From the NCBI GenBank assembly GCA_012295275.1, contig CM022676.1:248001-312000 (forward strand): a stretch of 64,000 nt of DNA. Direction: 5' to 3'. This document shows, one piece after another, positions 58,865 to 64,000 of the stretch. Each line of letters starts with the position of its first letter. Position 1 is the first letter of the stretch. The position numbers were made by a program, and so were the translations under genes. The DNA is from Chrysomallon squamiferum. Lineage: Eukaryota; Animalia; Mollusca. The notes below the pieces were generated by a model. That model did no database searches. It had not been told where the DNA came from and saw only the letters and a program-made list of their open reading frames with translations.

Positions 58865-59616
58865 TTTATAATAAATATCTTGTTTGTTTCAGCTCTTCCT
58901 GTTCAGAAACGAGAGTAAGTATCTTACTTCTCATTGTTTGTTTGATGGATGTTTGAGAGGATGGTTGGATTGAAAAAATACTATAAAGATGGATAGATGT
59001 TAGTATCTAAACAAATAATTGAAGAGATAAATGAATGGGAAAGAAAATAAAAGATTTTATAAAAATGCTGTACAGATAAATACATGCTGAGGATCCTGTA
59101 TCCAAAATTCCAACATCAAAAGCTTTTTCTGAACAATAGAAATTATAACTTCTTACGTTTTTGCTAAAATTATCAAAAATATTATTAAAAAAACAGACTC
59201 ATGCTTGAACGTTTGAATGGACAGACAGACTTGAATGTATGAATGGATACATTGAGACTTGAACTATGAATAGGCAGACAGAGACTTGAAAGTATGAATA
59301 GGCAAGGTGATACATGAAAACATATAGGGGCAGGTTGAAAATCTGTAATATTTTCTTTTCTTTTATGATTCGTAGAGTTGAGCTTCCATGTAAGTTTCCT
59401 GCCAGTGATAAGCCTCAAAAGGTTTGTGAAAAGCGAAATCCAAAACCTGGTGGAAAGCGAATTGCTGAACCATGTTGTTCCAGCAAAACTCCCCCTCCTG
59501 GCGCTTTCAACCTCAGAGTCATGAATCCTGCACGATCTTTCACCAGGAAGCTTCCTGGTGACCTAGCATGTGATCCTAAACCAGTTCCAAAGTGTGGAAA
59601 AGAATCACTGGTATAA
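55631..59616 (+). CDS. Gene F: orphan secreted preproprotein (~259 aa) with signal peptide, acidic/Ser-rich pro-region, multiple dibasic sites and Cys-rich basic C-terminus
   Basis: Exons 55631-55700, 56238-56375, 56778-56892, 57662-57781, 58303-58376, 58893-58914 and 59376-59616. Intron phases 1,1,2,2,1,2 all match and give one open frame; AATAAA at ~59651. Confidence 0.85.
56385..56640. repeat. ~36-41-bp minisatellite (ATCATTACTATCATCAGCTATCACATACATGTTACTT)n in gene F intron
   Basis: About 6-7 units. Confidence 0.9.
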
Positions 59617-61019
59617 AAACGTCACCTTTTTACACTTGGATTGACACATAAATAAATGTGACACTTATTTAAATATCACTGTCTTTTGTCAGCAGAGTTT
59701 ACTCATTAAAATATATCATTTTTTGATGACTTGATTATTTAAATATTATTGACTATGTATGTTCTTATTTTATGTGTGTGTGTGTGTGTGTGCATTACTT
59801 GTATTGCTCATTTATTTAATTGTCAGTAGTTCATGTTAGAACATTTTACTGTTAAATGAAATGTTATAACTTACATTATGCATATTTATTCATTAAACTG
59901 TCTTGTCTGTCACTTGTTTTAATTTGTTTATTAAAATGTCACTTGAACTGTCATTATTTTAAAAATATCAACTTGTTCTCACTTTTTAAACATGTCAGTT
60001 CAGTTATTTAAATATATCACCTATTGATTCATTTATTTAAATATTTTAAATATGTTGATTTATTTATTCATTTATATGTGACTAATTTAGTTAAAACTTC
60101 AATGGCAGTTAAAAAGATTAAGTAAACAAAATGATAAACAGATGCATGATAACATAATGGATGGAAGGATAAATTGCAAGCTGAACACATGAAGAACAGA
60201 CTGGTAATTGAGAGCATGTTAAGTTATATTTATGCTGAGTAATTTAAATGTTATTTTTGTCTAATGTGACAGATATTCAGTGAAAATGTTTTACATAAAT
60301 ATATATATATATATATATACGAATTGTTGTTTTGTCACAGAAACTTTAAAATTATAACATGTTCTACTTGCACTTCCTTGAACTTTTAGAAAAGAAACAT
60401 TTATTTCCAGTTATTTAAATATAATGAGTCACTGTCACAGGGTTGTTAATTATGCAGGACTTGTCTTTGATTTGTTTTTGCCTTTGATTCATTGTGTCAG
60501 ATGAATGAATAATTTTTTTTAATGACACCCAAAATGAATATCTGTTTGACATTATATAATTAAGTAGTAAAATAGAATACACATTTCAAAAGTTTATAAA
60601 ACACAATGCAAAATATTAACATTATATTTCACTGTTTTCCATACATGGATTTTTCCAAGCCAAATAAAGCAAAATGAGTGATGTGCAGATTATAACAAGA
60701 TAACAGTGGCACTGAGAATGTTTACTAATTTTATTTAAAAGATATTTGAATTAAAATTTTATGAACAGATGATACAAATTCTGTAAAGAGACAAAACATA
60801 CTGTGTTCTTACTATTGTGTGAAAAGTATACACACAGTAAATATTGTTTCAGCAGCAGAAGCTTGTGCTCTTTTGTTTCTACACAAACTGTAGTAATCCA
60901 TCCTGAATAATGGAAAACATCTCTTGTTTCTAATGAAGTACGTTGTGATCACATCAAAACAAATAATTGCAATGTATGATGAAAACTGCATTACTCTCCA
61001 CTATGAAGAGTAATAGTAA

Positions 61020-61542
61020 GAAAAAACATGGGCAGAATACATTTGCATTTTCATCTGTATCAGTATAAAATTACCCTGTTTCCACCGGTTTCTTTTTCTT
61101 CTTGGGCAGATTTTTAGTTCCTTAGAAGAAGAACAACAATTGTTAAAGTTTATGACAATACTGGCCTCTTTTCTTGTTCTTTTTTATTTTTTTTTATTAT
61201 TATTATTATTATTATTTTGAGTAGACTGTTCTAAAATATGAGCTCTTACAAAGCACAAAAATTCCTAAGACAAAAAATAAATTTAAAAAATAGGAAAAAA
61301 AAATGTATCTTGCTTCTGACTAATTGATGGATGCATGGAAAAAATACTGTGAAGATGGATGGATGTTAGTATCTGAACAAATAAATGAAGTGGGAAAAAA
61401 TATGAAAAATAATATTAAGAAAAAACAGGCAGAATACATTTGCATTTTCATCTGTTTCAGTATAAAATTACCCACTTTCCACCAGTTTCTTTCTCTTCAC
61501 AGGCAGCTCTCTAATTCCTTAGAAGAAAAACAGAAACTAGAT

Positions 61543-61550
<8 letters not shown>
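61020..61550. repeat. Local direct duplications (~61020-61140 vs ~61420-61540; ~61325-61410 resembles ~58945-59050)
   Basis: Shared GGCAGAATACATTTGCATTTTCATCTG..CAGTATAAAATTACCC and AAGATGGAT.GATGTTAGTATCT.AACAAATAA blocks. Confidence 0.75.
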
Positions 61551-61573
<23 letters not shown>

Positions 61574-62357
61574 AAATATAAACAAAAGACCGAACACAAA
61601 ATAAATCTTATAAATCTAATCATAACTGTATACTTGTTAAACTAATCTGTGACTCCTGCTGCCTGAAACAGTGTGAGGCACTGGGTGGTCAGTGCAAGTG
61701 AAACTTATTAATGATTCAAAATGTTCTCACACACACACACATCAAATCAGAGTTAAGTCAACAAGCCAAGTTCTGAGCTACATCTGAAACACACCACGCT
61801 GTTAAAATTATTTATTTATTTATTTACTTTGTAACATATATTGATTTATTTATTATTGTTTATTTATTTATTTATTTACTTACTTATTTTTTATTTACTT
61901 ATTCATTTACTTACTTTTTATATGTTTGTTTAGTTTTACTTCCCTATTTATTTTTTATTTACCTCTTATTAATTTATATACTAATTTATTTATTTATTTA
62001 TTTATTTATTTTAGCTTTGATGGTAAAGAATGTATAAACTTACTGTCAAATAACTCCAAGAGAGAGAGAAAAATGATTATTTTATAAACACAAAGATGTT
62101 GACAAACTCATCACTGCACCCTGACATAGACTGTTCACAAGAGTATCAAACTATAGATTACAAAATAAAACATTTTTTTCTTTTCTTTTTTAAATTGGGA
62201 TAAATCCAAGAAATATGACTTGACCTCTGAGAAGATCTGCAAAGCATAACATCATCTAACAATTTTGTTTTTTCATTCACTTCTTGGAAGACTGACTATT
62301 TGAGAGTACAGTAATATAACAGTAAAGATGTGAAGTAATGATGTACAGAAAACTCAC

Positions 62358-62924
62358 GTCTGTGGTAGATGAGAACACACAGTGCTGCTAGGACAAACAT
62401 TGATGCGACCATTATGAGTGGAATCCACTGAAAGAATGATCCTAGGAATCGTGCTAATGAAAAGTTAAGTATACAAATTTCAGCAAGTACCTGTGGGGGT
62501 GTTTGTCTCTGTGTGTGTGTGTGTTTTATTATATTCATTTATTTACTTATTTATTTATTTATCATAGTTGGATATAAAGTTATTCTGACTTATGCTTACG
62601 GTGCATGGTTGTACGTTCGTAGTACTCTTTCGGAAACGCTAAAATAAAATTATTAAAGTGAACATTAAATAATACTATCAACAACAACAAGAAATAATAA
62701 CCACAACCTATAATAATAATAATAAAAACAACAATAACAATAACAAAACAACAACAATAATAATAACAAAAACAATAAAAATAATAATCATAATAACAAT
62801 AATTATTATTTTTTATTTTATAGATTTCTTTTTCTTTCATTCGTTTATTTTAGATATTTTTATGCAGATATAAAAGTATTTGAGTCTTAATACTTACCAA
62901 TTTGTTTCTGTGCCTCTATATCAA
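62358..62924 (-). CDS. Gene G (partial, 3' part): stalk microexons and transmembrane exon of a single-pass membrane protein extending beyond the window
   Basis: Phase 1-1 exons 62898-62924 (DIEAQKQI), 62600-62638 (AFPKEYYERTTMH) and 62358-62453 (PRFLGSFFQWIPLIMVASMFVLAALCVLIYHR), with gtaagt, gtaagc and gtgagt donors. Confidence 0.75.
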
Positions 62925-63459
62925 CTAAAATGAAATTATTAAAATGAACAAACATTATCAAATGACTATAGTGATGATGATGATGATAATGATAACAATA
63001 ATACTAAAATGGTTAAAATGTTAGAATCGTTTATTTTTACTTAAATGAGCTTTTATCACAAGCACTGTATTGGAAAATCTACATTTACGAAAACTGTTTA
63101 CCACGCATTTATATAAGGAAATAATAAACATTTATGAAAACTACATCAAGGAAAGCAAGACAGAGTATTTTTTCTTAGATGAATATCCACCCCTGAAACT
63201 ACTTTTTCAACAATGGCATGAAATCTCTTGAGCATTTAGTTTTTTCTTTTATTGTTAAATAATGGCAATAATTTCCTACAAAACAATAAAACAAAGTCTG
63301 AACCAAACAAAATGTAGGTTATGAAAGATCCAGCTTTTAAAATTTAGCCATTGTTGGTATGATATTAAGATTATTGAAAACTTTAGACAGTTTCTGTTTT
63401 ATTTTTGACTATGAGATAATTTTTTATAATACAATTACATTTCACAGTCTATGACTAAT

Positions 63460-63602
63460 ACAGAGAAACAGCTAACACTGTTACAGTGACTCACACAGAG
63501 AATCAGCTAACACTGTTACAGTGACACACAGAGAAACAGCTAACACTGTTACAGTGACTCACACACAGAATCAGCTAACACTGTTACAGTGACTCACACA
63601 CT
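63460..63602. repeat. ~35-bp minisatellite (CAGAGAAACAGCTAACACTGTTACAGTGACTCACA)n
   Basis: 4 units. Confidence 0.9.
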
Positions 63603-64000
63603 AAGTGCACTCATGTAAGGTTCAGTTTCTGGCACATGAATGAAACAGCTTTAAAACAGTATGGACACTGGACAGACAGAAGAAAAGTGGTAGCCTGTTG
63701 GGTTAGACTTCTGGTGTGTCAGCAAACAAAACAGCCTGGCTACCACTAGAACTGAACCCTGTAACTGGTTATTGTGTTAAGGTATCAGTTCTATCCTGCG
63801 AAGGTTAGAATACTGAGTAAAATGAGGCTTTGCCAAACTGCAGTAACCATTCAACCTGAGCAATATTGTGACAGTTGTATCATGATACACAGGTAGTTGT
63901 ATCACGATACAGAACAGGATAGATGCAGGGACTATGAAACATTGATAAAAATAAGAGAATAAACAAAAACATTCCCACAGTACACCTTGTGTCATAATAA

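Overview
AT-rich, microsatellite-laden animal genomic DNA with spliceosomal introns. The repeat content suggests an invertebrate, possibly a mollusc; this is inference only. Manual splicing of GT-AG exons reveals a compact cluster of at least five divergent single-pass immunoglobulin-superfamily (IgSF) receptor genes, called A to E here: A (-, 5 Ig, damaged), B (-, 5 Ig, TM, ~474-aa charged tail), C (+, 2 Ig, TM, Cys/His tail), D (-, 5 Ig after a very recent two-exon duplication, TM) and E (+, 3 Ig, TM, YGTV tail). The 3' end of a sixth membrane-protein gene (G, -) lies at the right edge. All Ig exons are phase 1-1 with one domain per exon. The genes share a 252-nt Ig exon and a related membrane-proximal Ig exon, but their cytoplasmic tails are unrelated. 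Between E and G lies a 7-exon orphan secreted prohormone-like gene (F). Also present: a ~3.2-kb tandem duplication, a decayed RNase H-containing LINE, a decayed Gypsy-type LTR element, a TA-flanked TIR DNA transposon and many minisatellites. Most long ORFs in the supplied track are microsatellite artefacts. All gene models are hand-built from splice signals and have no transcript support.
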